Below are positions 1 to 11,139 of a stretch of DNA of 39,921 nt, one piece after another. How positions within the stretch are numbered: position 1 is the stretch's first letter; every line of letters begins with the position of its first letter. Source of the DNA: Basidiobolus ranarum (taxonomy: Eukaryota); the NCBI GenBank assembly GCA_040143965.1, contig JASJQH010000040.1:1-39921 (forward strand), read 5' to 3'. The notes under the pieces are model-generated. The model had not been told where the DNA came from and made no database searches. It saw nothing but the letters and a program-made list of their open reading frames with translations. The position numbers and the translations under genes are program-made.

Positions 1-191
1 CATGTGTGCAAAGTTTGGGGCTTCTAGCACAAGTTTGAAAAATCTATATATCTGAGAACTTCTAAGTTGGTAAAAATATTCTAAGTAAATTCCGATTGAG
101 AATAATTGATAGTATCTTAGTGAGTTATAAGATAACTAAGTGCTAAGCTATATATGACTATATAGGTGTTTAGGCAATGCTAATTTCAACA
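1..191 (-). mobile_element. LTR-like repeat, 5' portion (runs off window start)
   Basis: Reverse complement begins TGTTGAAATTAGCATTG and aligns by eye with 33517-33670 and 39540-39710 (e.g. CCCAAACTTTGCACACATG is shared with 39692-39710). Confidence 0.75.
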
Positions 192-1043
192 AATTGTAGT
201 AAAGGCACATTGTTCTTTTTTAGCCTGGAGTAAAACTTTGATTTCAGATGGTTTTCCATTGTTTTCTTCTCCTGCAACAGTGTCCTTTCTGTGTCAAGAA
301 GGTCAAAGTCTGATGCTTGCAGCCTACAGAATAATTTTAGGATTGAGAATCAACATGCTAAGTTGGAAGTAATAGTAATTAAGTAATCAATCAGCTCGTT
401 ATTGAAATATTGCTCAGGAAAAATTAAGACAGCTGGAGGATAAGATGAGCTTTGTTAACTCATTGATAATACACATGCATTTAAATATGCATTTAAAATA
501 AATTGATATCAAAGTGCATATCAAATAGCTGATTGTAAAATCATTCAGCACACAAAATGAGTTGGAATATTCAAATAGCTCAATTGTAATGCTATTCAAC
601 CTTTGTATAATACTATATTCACAATATTATATTTGAGTTGTAGGACCATTTCTGTACTAATTTTATAGCCAAGACAACTTTCGAGTGGGCATATTTCTTG
701 ATTGTATTCTGGTTATTAAATGAGTGACATCAATATCACAATGATGAGCTTAAATGAGGGGATGAGGTTATATATACAAATGAGGGGATGAAACCATTGG
801 TCATAGTCATGTTTCTTCGCCAACCTCACACAACACTGCATCAACTATGGTTAGAACATATCTACATTCCCTAACTTGAGTAAAGTGGGTGACATAAGAG
901 ATGAATATATATATGGTTAATGACCACGGACAACAAGTACCACACATCTTGGAACATATCTAGCCAAGCTATGGTAACGCTCGCGAATCACTAGATTACG
1001 AAACATGCCAATGCTTGAATATAAATAAATAAGCTGAGGTGCA

Positions 1044-1158
1044 GTTCTGATCTGTTGATGATTCTGGATATTTAGTGTTCTGATCTGTTGATGATTCTGG
1101 ATATTTAGTGTTCTGATCTGTTGATGATTCTGGATATTTAGTGTTCTGATCAGTTGAT
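1044..1158. repeat. 33-bp tandem repeat, ~3.4 copies (GTTCTGATCTGTTGATGATTCTGGATATTTAGT)
   Basis: Identical units start at 1044, 1077 and 1110, with a partial unit at 1143; there are no spacers. Confidence 0.95.
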
Positions 1159-1415
1159 TTATCTCATGGTGCAATCAGTTAATCGCCAACTGCTCCAGTT
1201 TCGAAGAAATATAGCCGATGTCAAGATGGCTTCATATCCGTTCCACCTCGGAATATTAATATGGAAACGTTGGAGTTAGAGGCTGAATGTGAGCGGGAAT
1301 GGGAATGGGAATTGGAATATAAATGAGGAAATAGAGCTAAACAATACCTGGGTACTTCCAGTCGGTTAATTGATAGTTAGTAACTTCGACCTCTGATTAC
1401 TTTCGTTTCGTTGCA

Positions 1416-1724
1416 ATGAGATTCATGGTATCTTTGCTTTACATGGTGGTTCTTATCAATATTGTTTTGATCAGAGCTCAAGAAACTTCAGAGGAAGAGC
1501 TTATCGATTCATCAGAAGGGGATGACGATGTTATTGAAGATAGTGAAGAGACTGAGGCCGAGAAGCACCCATCTGTGACCATTATCCTTACAGAATCTAT
1601 CCCTGCGGCGACTACACCCGCCTCTTCACTGCTCATTCTTTCAACCGGCGCCGTTACTAACCATGCATTTCCCACCAAACCCCCAGTCGTACCAACGTTT
1701 GTTTCGGGTGTAAATGGGCCATAA
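1416..1724 (+). CDS. Small secreted acidic, Ser/Thr/Pro-rich protein (frame continues to 1910 beyond the TAA)
   Basis: Signal-peptide-like N-terminus MRFMVSLLYMVVLINIVLIRA|QE, then an acidic tract and a Pro/Thr-rich tract. TATAAAT lies at ~1318. Confidence 0.6.
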   Translation: MRFMVSLLYMVVLINIVLIRAQETSEEELIDSSEGDDDVIEDSEETEAEKHPSVTIILTESIPAATTPASSLLILSTGAVTNHAFPTKPPVVPTFVSGVNGP

Positions 1725-2852
1725 AAGTCCTTGAAGAGTGCACATCCACCTTGCACTTCTTCATGCGTCGCACAAACGGGAATCCTAAGACCTTCGATTG
1801 CCAGGGCAAATCAAAACGTAGCAGAATTGGCGTATACCTTTTCACCACTACTTCTGGTCTCTGGATTACTAACAAGTTATGGTTTGGCTCAATATGGTAG
1901 CTTACAATAGACGCAAATGCAAATGCAAACGCAGCTCAATACAGTCGATTCCTCACCCAATCCTATTAATGCTTATCAACCCTTGTTATTTGCCGAAGAT
2001 CCCCATTAATTATTGAACTGATCAATAAATCTTTCCCAACCCGCATAGTATAAGGCATAGTATATTGCATAGTATAGAGCGTATAGTGTATACCAGCTCG
2101 TGCAAGCTTACATATGTAGCTGGATGTGCGTTGGTAAGTGGAAACAGAAGCAAATAAATAACAACTGTCCCTAGATTAGCAGAAATACCGACACAATGCA
2201 TGATGAGTACAATATCAATTTAATAATATGCATTCAAGATATGCGTGGAATGCAGAGGAATCTACCATTTGTTAACGATCCATGGCAACAAAGCCATCTC
2301 ACTAAGCTATCAATGAGGGTTCAGCGCTCAGCGCTCAGGGCTCAGCGCTACGGTCGAATCAGGCAGAATAACTAAGACCAAATCATTTATTGCAAGCTAA
2401 TGGTCATCAGCTGAAATGGGTGATGAGTGATTAGTGATGAGTGTCAAGGCTGATGGTCCAATGGGCGAATTGAGAAACAATGAAGAAGCTAGACATTAGA
2501 TAATGAAACAACACCAGTCAACACCAATGCTCAATGAGATTGAAGATGGGCTGTCATTGCTAGTAATATATAATTGATTGACCGAACCAATCAAGCCCGA
2601 TAACCTCCTTAATCTCTAACATTTTGTCAGTTTGTGTTTGGTTTAATAGGTTTCATCATGCATCCTTCAAGCATATATTCTTTTTGAACAATCCATTAAC
2701 AATCCATTTCTCCACAGGTATCTCCCCGATTCTTGTGACCACTTTCTTGGAAGTTTTGTACCACAATTCCTTTCCCTCACCTCAACCTATCTTTATATTT
2801 TTTTTTGGTTAGAAAAGACTTTACGCCACTACCTATTTGTCACACTTCGAAC

Positions 2853-3380
2853 ATGGTTCATAACAAATTCCGCTTATCATATGTTTCTATCTTAATTCTC
2901 ATCAGTTGTCTTCAAATCACTGCCCAAAGCACTCGAACAAGTACGAATATTGTGACTGCCACTGGTGCTGGAAGTACTGTGACCAAAATAGTTGCCACTC
3001 AAACAGAATATCCTACCCCCACCCAAAACCCACCATCCGACGGTGATAACTCTAATAGCAACTCCAACCAAGGTAGTAGTAGCAGTGGTATAAGTACAGG
3101 TGGAGGGAGTAAAACGGTCATTGCGGCCAGTGTTTCAGTTGGGGTAATTGTGGTTCTCTCAGCCATTGGGATATTCATATTTCGAAAGTGGAAATTAAGG
3201 GTAACTTTAAGTTAGTTACTACTCTCTTATAAACAGTTAAAACTAACCCACCTCTCTTTAAAATAGCCCACGAAAAAATTCGAAAATAAGCTTCAAGCAG
3301 ATAATAATTACTTTCGGCCACCTGTTCATGAAAACAGTCGCAATGATACGGTATTTCTACGGGAACTTAATGAGCCATAA
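2853..3380 (+). CDS. Single-pass type I membrane protein, Ser/Thr-rich ectodomain (Mid2/Wsc-like architecture); 2 exons (2853-3200, 3267-3380)
   Basis: Signal peptide, S/T/N-rich linker, TM VIAASVSVGVIVVLSAIGIFIF, then the basic stop-transfer RKWKLR. A GTAACT...CTAAC...TAG intron leads to the tail PTKKFENKL...VFLRELNEP*. Confidence 0.8.
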
Positions 3381-3705
3381 TCAGTTAACATCTAAATGCA
3401 TGTATCCTCATATATACACTCTGATTCATTTTACTTATTCCATTGAATTCACTGCCTCTAATGTACAGCCGATCTATCAATAAAATAAATCAGAGCCACT
3501 ACCACACACGATACTGTACACCCGCACATACTGATAGATTTGCATGGATTTGGTTAGCAAGTAGTGGAAATCCAAATCCATTTTTTTAACGTGATTAAAT
3601 CCATTTTTTTGCCACATTCAATCTAATGATAAACCAGTGGAATTTTTTCCTATTAAAAGAGTTCTAATCATTGGGAATATCCCACCTTTACCCTACAAGT
3701 ATAAT

Positions 3706-5405
3706 ATGAACTTAGAAAATATCTCCTCCTTTTTTAAAGAACAAAAAGTCCAACTTTTACTAACAGCTGGAGTTAGTTCACTTATCACCGGTTTCTCTTT
3801 ATTAAAATTACAAAGAGTTCAAGCTGAGAAATTGTCCAAGAAACTTAAAGCTGAAGTAAAAGAAGATTATTTAGAATATAACGTAGAGGACTCCAACCTT
3901 ACAGAAGTTCCCTTATCCGAGGAAGATGACCGTTTATTAAACGAACAATTCTCAAGAAATATCGTATTTTTAGGGGAGGAGGGTATGAAAAAATTACGTA
4001 ATTCTTCGGTGGTTATCGTTGGTTGTGGAAGCATCGGTTCTTGGGTTGCACTGATGTTACTTCGTTCTGGTGTGGGAAAAGTGAGAATCATCGACCATGG
4101 TAAAGTCACTAGAGATACTATAAACCAACATGCTTTAGCTACTATCGAAGATATTGGTATACCCAACGCTATTGTCTTGAAGAAGCATATCAAAGAGATA
4201 GTTCCCCACGCCAAAGTTGAGTCTGTAATCGATACCTTCAATAAGGATACTGCTCCTTGGTTACTTGAAGGTAAGCTAATAACTGAAATGATTCGATTCA
4301 AATAACACTCAATTCAAATGTCGATATATTAGGGAATCCTGACTATGTACTGGATTGTGTTCAAAACCTCGAAACCAAACTTGAACTACTGAAATATTGC
4401 CATGATCAACAACTTCGGGTAATTTTCTTACTTTCCATGCAAAGGAATTATTTATTAAGAGAAAATCCTTCACATAATAGGTGATAAGTTCAGCATATGC
4501 TGGTGGGAAAGCGGATCCTTCCAGGATTCAAATATCGGATCTGAGCGATACTTACGGTTGGTCTTCTCTTTTGCACAAACCATCATAGTTGCATAGGCTA
4601 ACATATTTAGACGACCCATGGGTTCGCGTGCTTCGTAGAAAGCTTAGAAAACTCGGAGTAGAGAATAACATCAGCTTGATCCACTCCATCGAGAAACCAA
4701 CCGAACTAAAGCCAGGTAAGTAGCCAAACCTCAATCAAAAGGAACCATGATATTTACCACTGAATATTCACGATCTAGCTGAGTCTACTTCGAGTGAGGT
4801 TGACCAATATGCCATCCTCCCAGAAGGCCGAATCCCCACTTTGCCAACATTTGGTAAATATATAGAAGATATCATCGACAGTAAATATGATCTAAATTGT
4901 CTCCTCTTCAAAAGGTACCCTCTCTGCCATTTTCGGTATGAGTATGGCGTCTTGGGTTATCTGCGAGTTAGCTGAGCATAAAGTCCAACAGTTATTCATA
5001 AAGCAGAAAGAAAAAACATTCTCGAAACTCAAGAGAGATTTGACAGCTCGTGAAGAGAGGAATGGATTCAAGTAAGACCCCTAATTCTTATTGAAATTAT
5101 GCTCCAGAAGAGGCTAACATTTGATGTGTTTCAGCTCTTCGGTTACTCTTAGTAAATCAGAGGTCGGCTATATCCTTGAAGAATTATGGCGTAGTAGAAG
5201 TGCACTCTCAGGTGCTCTAGATAAATTGACGCTAACCCGTTGGGATCGCCGTCAGGCTCTAACAATAGATAATTGTATATGTCTTACCGTAGAAGAGGCT
5301 AATACTCACGATAACATATTAGGTAAAGTAGAAGACTATTACCCAGAGGAATTCGTCAATTTTGTGCAATCCCGTTTCTTGGAAGAATCTAGAATATCTG
5401 AATAA
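3706..5405 (+). CDS. TCD1/TCD2: tRNA threonylcarbamoyladenosine dehydratase-like (ThiF/E1-like family), 7 exons, degenerate ATP-binding motifs
   Basis: N-terminal TM anchor; EQFSRNIVFLGEEGMKKLRNSSVVIVGCGSIGSW...LLRSGVGKVRIID; spliced GNPDYVLDC and ADPSRIQISDLSDT; C-terminal VGYILEELWRSRS...LTRWD typical of fungal TCDs. All six introns are GT-AG (first 4271-4332). Confidence 0.85.
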
Positions 5406-5654
5406 ACCTTTGGTTGAATGACAACAATACGAAACTTCACTTTGCGAAATATATATAATATAAATTGTGTGAATGTATTAAAGATTTGTGTACTTCTATT
5501 GGTAAAGAAAATATAGCAGAATGGTAAATAGTGGGTATAATGTGCAATTTATTGTTCGTACATAAAATGATGGAGACAATAAAAATAGAGGATTTCTATT
5601 TAACGGAGAACGTTACAACAGGTTATGTTGAATGTTCATAGCTGATTGCAGAAT

Positions 5655-5732
5655 TTATTTGGATCTGGCTCTCATCTTTCTTCTTTTACGCTTAAGACGT
5701 CTCTGTCTCTTCTTCTTCCACTTATCTCTCAT
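5655..5732 (-). CDS. RPL41: Ribosomal protein eL41 (eS32), 25 aa
   Basis: Translates to MRDKWKKKRQRRLKRKRRKMRARSK*. A 5'UTR intron 5733-5801 (GTAAAT...TAG) ends immediately before the ATG, and TATAAAT lies at 5850-5856 (-). Confidence 0.95.
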   Translation of the reverse strand: MRDKWKKKRQRRLKRKRRKMRARSK

Positions 5733-5984
5733 CTAAATAACAAAGCAAATGGGTCAACAAATGAAATACTGAGGAGAATTTAGTAGGAAACGGATATTTA
5801 CCTTGGATCAAAAGATGTGGGCTGAGTTGTAATATTCCAACAATCCCCTCATTTATACTCGGAATGAACTGAAAAAAAAAGTGAAAAAAAAAAGATTTCC
5901 GCTTCTTTCCTATTCCACCGTAGATCCCGTACTAATTGAATCTCGATTGATTGTAATCATGGATTTATTTACAACAAAACAGGA

Positions 5985-6015
5985 GTATAAATGTGTATAA
6001 ATGTGTATAAATGTG
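5985..6015. repeat. 10-bp tandem repeat (GTATAAATGT)x3
   Basis: Directly visible between the chromodomain gene 3' end and the RPL41 promoter. Confidence 0.85.
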
Positions 6016-6072
6016 CATAGCAATAGCAGTATGTAGTCTACTTAAACTCTATTAATGTCTAACGGCAGTGCT

Positions 6073-9000
6073 TTAAAGCTTTTCCAGATTAAACCACTTG
6101 TCCACATTGGAAGGCTCTAGAAATTGAATCTGTATTCAAGTTAGATAGGAAAGTGGTGGAATTGAATGTTAAGATGCTTACTCCCATGTGGCTCGGTGCT
6201 AATTTCTCCTTAGTGGTAAGGATGATAAAGTGTCTACACTCTGCTTTTAGTAGACCTTGCAATTTGAGTAACATACCAAAGGTTTCGGTATGAGTATCGG
6301 TCTCGGTCGTAGATTCAGCCTAGAAGAAACTCATTAGTACTGTAGCTTTGAATTAACCAACATTTAAACATACTTCTTTTGAAACATCGGGTACAATACA
6401 CTTGATTCGCTCGGATTTGATCAAATCTTCAACAATCTGACAACTTTTGATTGCTCTATATTAGAAGAAACAGTTGGATTATGACTGGATTGAGGGCAAA
6501 GTATGATGGGAATTCGTACTTGGCATGATTATTCGCAGCCTCCTTCCGAAGAATAGACACTGTGGAGTCGGAGATTACTATTTTCCATGCTTCAGTATGG
6601 CGTTTCTGTAGCATATCAGTGAATAATTGAGGTTTTGAGAAGTTCATTGGATGCTCTATTTACCAGATCTTTGTACTCCATTAGTTTGTGCAGTACTCTG
6701 TCGTTTGTTAACAGCAATTCACTTGTTATCGCCACCACACCACCAGACGGGAAAAGGATGTTTGGCAGTGCTTGATCCTGTGGAATATTGACCGTGAACC
6801 CAAACACGATAAAGTTGAAGGCTTCACGTTGCTTTAGATCGTTGAGGTGGGGTATCATATGGATCTGACTCAGAGACGAGCGATGTATCTACACGAAAAG
6901 GTACAATGAGACATGTTTCGACTCAATATTGAATCAAGTATTGCAACGTACCAAGAGTGCTTTTGTATTGACATCATTCATTGTAGGGTCGAGAGAAATG
7001 CCCCGGTGTTTCAAAATGGCCTCCATTCCTAAGACTTCGGGATGGCGAGAAGGTCCGAACATAGAGACTTGACTACAGCTGTGATCCGTCTATAAATCAT
7101 TCAAGTTTAAATTGAGAGCATATAACCAATATCTTTTCTGGCAATGAATAAACCTTAATTTTCAGGATATTTTCCCAGGTTCGGACGAGCAGATTGCTGG
7201 GAGTTACTGGGTATTTCGAAGTAAACTCGATAGTTTCAGGCAGCCTAGAACAATCAAGTCTTAAGTTTAGTTCAAGAATCTCAAATGAATTCAGTGGAAA
7301 CACTATCTACAATTTATCGTAGTTCAATCCCTCTTTGGCGAGCTTATGATCGTTGATAAGTAAGAGGCACATACGGCCCAAGCTTTCCGATGGATTTCGC
7401 AGTAGCGTGAGCAAGTCGGAATTGACTGGAGATGCAACAATAGTCACATTTTCGTATGCGGTGATACCAACCTATGTAGCTGATAGTAAGCATACGAGAT
7501 CAGTACATGCGAAATAAAAAGGTTCGTACCAATCCCCCGCGAGCTAAGAAGCCAGTGAATTTATTATACTTCTCCTCGTTGATGCTTCTATCCGTAGGGT
7601 GAACATAGCAAATAGATAGGGTTTCATTCCCAATGGATTGCTCAACCAAAGACTTTATGTAAGAGAAACGGATCATTTTGGAGAAGCACAGCTTGCTTAT
7701 CTCTTTGCTATATCATCTGACTGTTAGTGGCCCGCGTCATATAGCTTGAATATAACAGTTGTAACATAGAAATTTACATAGTATCGAATAGCTTAATGTC
7801 TTGACCACCAATAGCTCCTATACGAACTAGCCCCATCTCCTTCATTTTACCCTTGTAAAGGCGGCAGATCCACTTTGGCATAATATCAGATTAGAAATAA
7901 GTCACACAATTGATTCCGAAAATACTTACATCAGTAGCTCGGATGTTATATGTGGGATGTTCTGAGTTGGGCTTTGGTAGATAAGTTGGCTTCTGGGCAA
8001 ATGATCGCGGTGGTCGCTCTTTCGGGTCAGTATAATCGAGGGTCCCAGATGATTCAGTATCACTATTAACAATAGGATTGCTGGATAGAATTGGATTTCT
8101 GCTGAATAAAGGAACTGATCCAAACATTGCTTCAGCTGTTGATTGCGGTGTAGGAACAGGAGTACCAGCCTCAGAATCGGTTCTGTTAACGGTAGGCGAG
8201 ATCAGTGTAGGCGCTTTTCGCGGGTCTGCGATATTCTTACTAATAATGGTGCTACGGTTATCGTGACTGACTGGATTCGAAACCAGCTCACGAGCTCGGT
8301 TTCTTGTAGGCGAATGATTAGATTCGCGAGTTCGATTTGCATTAGGTGGACGATTTGGTTCGTGATTTTGATTTATTTTTGGTGAACGATTTGGCGCCTG
8401 GGTTGCGTTCAACTTTGGTGGGTGGCTTGGCTCTTGGATTCGGTTTGCTTTTGGAGAACGATCTGGCTCACGCATAGGATTCATCTTTGGAGAGTAGTTT
8501 GATTCGCGAGCTGAGTCTCCTCTTGTTGCATGGGTTGCCCCATTAGTTTGATGTCTCTCAGGTGCAACTGGTGGCTTACGTATAGGCAAGCTCTCTGTGG
8601 TTGAACTAACTCTGGATGATTCCATTGGAGTTGCAATTGTTGTTTTACGAACCACCTCTTTCGGAGGGGAAGCTCTGATCTCCGGTTTTTTTGAAGTTGC
8701 TTCCACCTCTTTAGTCTGAGACGATACAGAATGATTTGGTATAATGGAAGGTAATACAGACTCTTTCTCGTAAGAGCGGGACGTGGAAGGGAGGTTTGTG
8801 CGAGTTTTCTTAAATCTTGGAAGCGATGCGTACTGACTATTTAACGATTGTATCAGGTTTTCTACCAAGAAAGTATATGTTAAGATACTGGGATTTGAAA
8901 AATTGCGTGTTCGACCACTAAATTACCTCGTGTGCGTAGCTGATTTTCCCATTCCTTTTCAGTCTCTGACTATGATGTGTTATAAAGTGGTTTTAAATTT

Positions 9001-9853
9001 TAAGTAACAAATGGAATAATTAATGTAGGGATTTACTCTTTGTATGGAAGCGTCATATCCGTGCTTTCGCTTATATCCTGGTAAAGGATCTACTCCTTTG
9101 GCTTTATCTGATTTAGTGGTTTCTAGAGTCTTCTTAAACTTGGCTACGGAAGAAAATCCCCCAGCACCCTGATCCATTATTCTTCGTGATTTCGAACGGG
9201 GAGTGGCCTAGGAATGATAAAAATGAAAGGTTCGTAAATACCAGACTGGGGCTTCGAGTAGAAAACCAACTACCTGAGGGTGAAAACTAGAGGATTTTTT
9301 GAGCGATTCAAATTGAACACTTTTGAGATTTGAACGGTCAAGGAAATCCAGTAAAAGGTCCGGACAGTTCAAATGATCTAGAGGTTCCCAGCTGGAATAT
9401 AGTTGAACACAAGTTAATTGAGAAACATGAATAAACCCTGATTTAAACTTACGTCAGCTCATCGTATCCACGCCATTTGATCAAGTACCACTCTTCTCCC
9501 TACGAAACCGAATATGTTCTATATATGTCTCCATTCCAAGAGATTTACCAAAACTGATCGTTTACCTTGACAATCTTCTGTTTCATAATGTCTTCTACCT
9601 CCCATTCGCTCACTTCCTCATCGTCGTCTTCCTCTTCATCGCTTTCCTCCTCTTCGACAACTTCGTCCTTTTCTTTCGCCTCTCTCTCATTTTCTTGCTT
9701 TACTTTTCCATTCCTGGTTAGTCGAGGAGTAATGATCTCTACTTCGAAGGTATTTCTCGGCTTACGTTCGGTTTCTTCGTTCATGTCTTCATCCCTTACG
9801 ATGAAATCGTGTAAACTATCTTCTGAAGATAGCTCTTCAAGCCAGTCACTCAT
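6073..9853 (-). CDS. Chromodomain protein with long disordered linker and C-terminal SPOC-DomII-PIN-like module (Chp1/TASOR-like), ~16 exons
   Basis: Spliced chromodomain WEVEDIMKQKIVK|GEEWYLIKWRGYDELT|WEPLDHLNCPDLLLDF. SPOC-like WICRLY...LCFSKMIRFSYI...KYNKFTGFLARGGL|VGIT...TIVASP. DomII-like LLIHRSSLSQIHMIPHLNDLK...LFPSGGVVAIT...WKIVI. PIN-like LLKLQGLLKAECRHFIILTTK...MG|IQFLEPSNVDKWF. All joins are GT-AG and in frame. Confidence 0.8.
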
Positions 9854-10149
9854 GTTCTACAGTGAGTTAGGTTCCAAACAAACAATAATATTTAAACTCA
9901 TTGATTAACATGAAGTTTATCTAATTAAATGGTATTTGGCTTAGCGACCAAATTTAGTTATTCTTTTCCATAAAATTTCTTGATCTTGATTTATTTCCCA
10001 AAGCAATCTATTTGGGGGAGGGGGTAAAGATTAGAAAAAAAAGGTCCAATATGAAAATTTCGCACTTCTCACGTATCAAAGGAAATTCAATTCAATTGAT
10101 TAACCATTGTTGCTTATAGAACTTGAAGTAACTATTCGAAAAGTTCAAC

Positions 10150-11139
10150 ATGCTCAGCTCAAGATGTCAAGTTGGCGCTCTTGGTAAGAAATAATAGACT
10201 ACTATACTTACGAATACTGGGAAAAATATATGAACTAAGATATATATTGTAGCCTCCGCCTTTAACTTGTGTAGAATTAACAACACAAGAAGTGTGAGTG
10301 TTGGGTGAGTCTATCAACTTGCTTGTGTTAATTTCTTTTGAACTTGTAATAACTCTTCGTTTTCCCTAAGAATTCGTCATTTCCATGCTGCCTCACCAAA
10401 ACTTGATCTCTCCCGACCTGAGATCTCTGCCTCCCCTTTGTTTAACCAAATCGCTGAGAAAGTTGAAACTGCAGTAGAAAAGAAGGGTAAGAAGGTTATT
10501 CTTGAAGGAGAAAAAGCTCAAAACGAAATAGTAGGAAAAGAAGTATGTGCTTATCAGTGGAACATATTAGAGTTATTCTTCCGATAACTAACTATTTTTC
10601 TTACGTTGACTTGTTATAGTACCGTTTCTCTACTGCTAACTTCAAAGGCAGTCCCAAGAAACTTCGTTTTATCTCCAAACAAATTGCTGGCCTTCCTTTG
10701 GAAAAAGCCATTGTCCAAATGGAATTCTCTCCCAAACGTTCTTCCAACAAAATTCTTCACAATTTGACTTTCTTGCGTAAGAATGCCGAACTCCAGAAGG
10801 GTATGGATCCCAAGAAGATGTATGTTGGTAAGTAATTTATTTAAAGTAACACCTGAGTCATATTGACACACTTGCTAACCCATTATTCATTTAGCCCAAG
10901 CTTGGGTTGGTAAAGGCCAATATCTTAAGCGTGTTCAACCTCACAGTCGTGGTAGACACGGAGTTAAGCACCATCCTAGTGCCCACATGAAGTTCATCAT
11001 CAAGGAGATTGAGGAACAGCCAGACCTTGGTAGAGCTAGAAGAAGAAAGATTCATCGCTTCACTGAGACCAAAAAAGTATGGAACTCTTTAGGAAATAAC
11101 AAACCCGTATACAACCCCAAGCCTTATTACAATTGGTAG
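10150..11139 (+). CDS. MRPL22: Mitochondrial ribosomal protein uL22m, 5 exons
   Basis: Arg/Ser-rich presequence, then the spliced L22 core TANFKGSPKKLRFISKQIAGLPLEKAIVQMEFSPKR...MYV|AQAWVGKGQYLKRVQPHSRGRHG; ends KPYYNW*. Confidence 0.9.

Noticed and set aside
917-1174. 33-bp repeats as a CRISPR array or a repeat-protein ORF
   Set aside because: The units are contiguous with no spacers, the context is eukaryotic, and the ORF stays open only because 33 is a multiple of 3.
6089-6180. ORF-track C-terminus of the chromodomain gene (…VSILTFNSTT…GQVV)
   Set aside because: It reads through a GTAAGC...CTAAC...CAG intron; the spliced end IQFLEPSNVDKWFNLEKL* (stop 6073-6075) is preferred.
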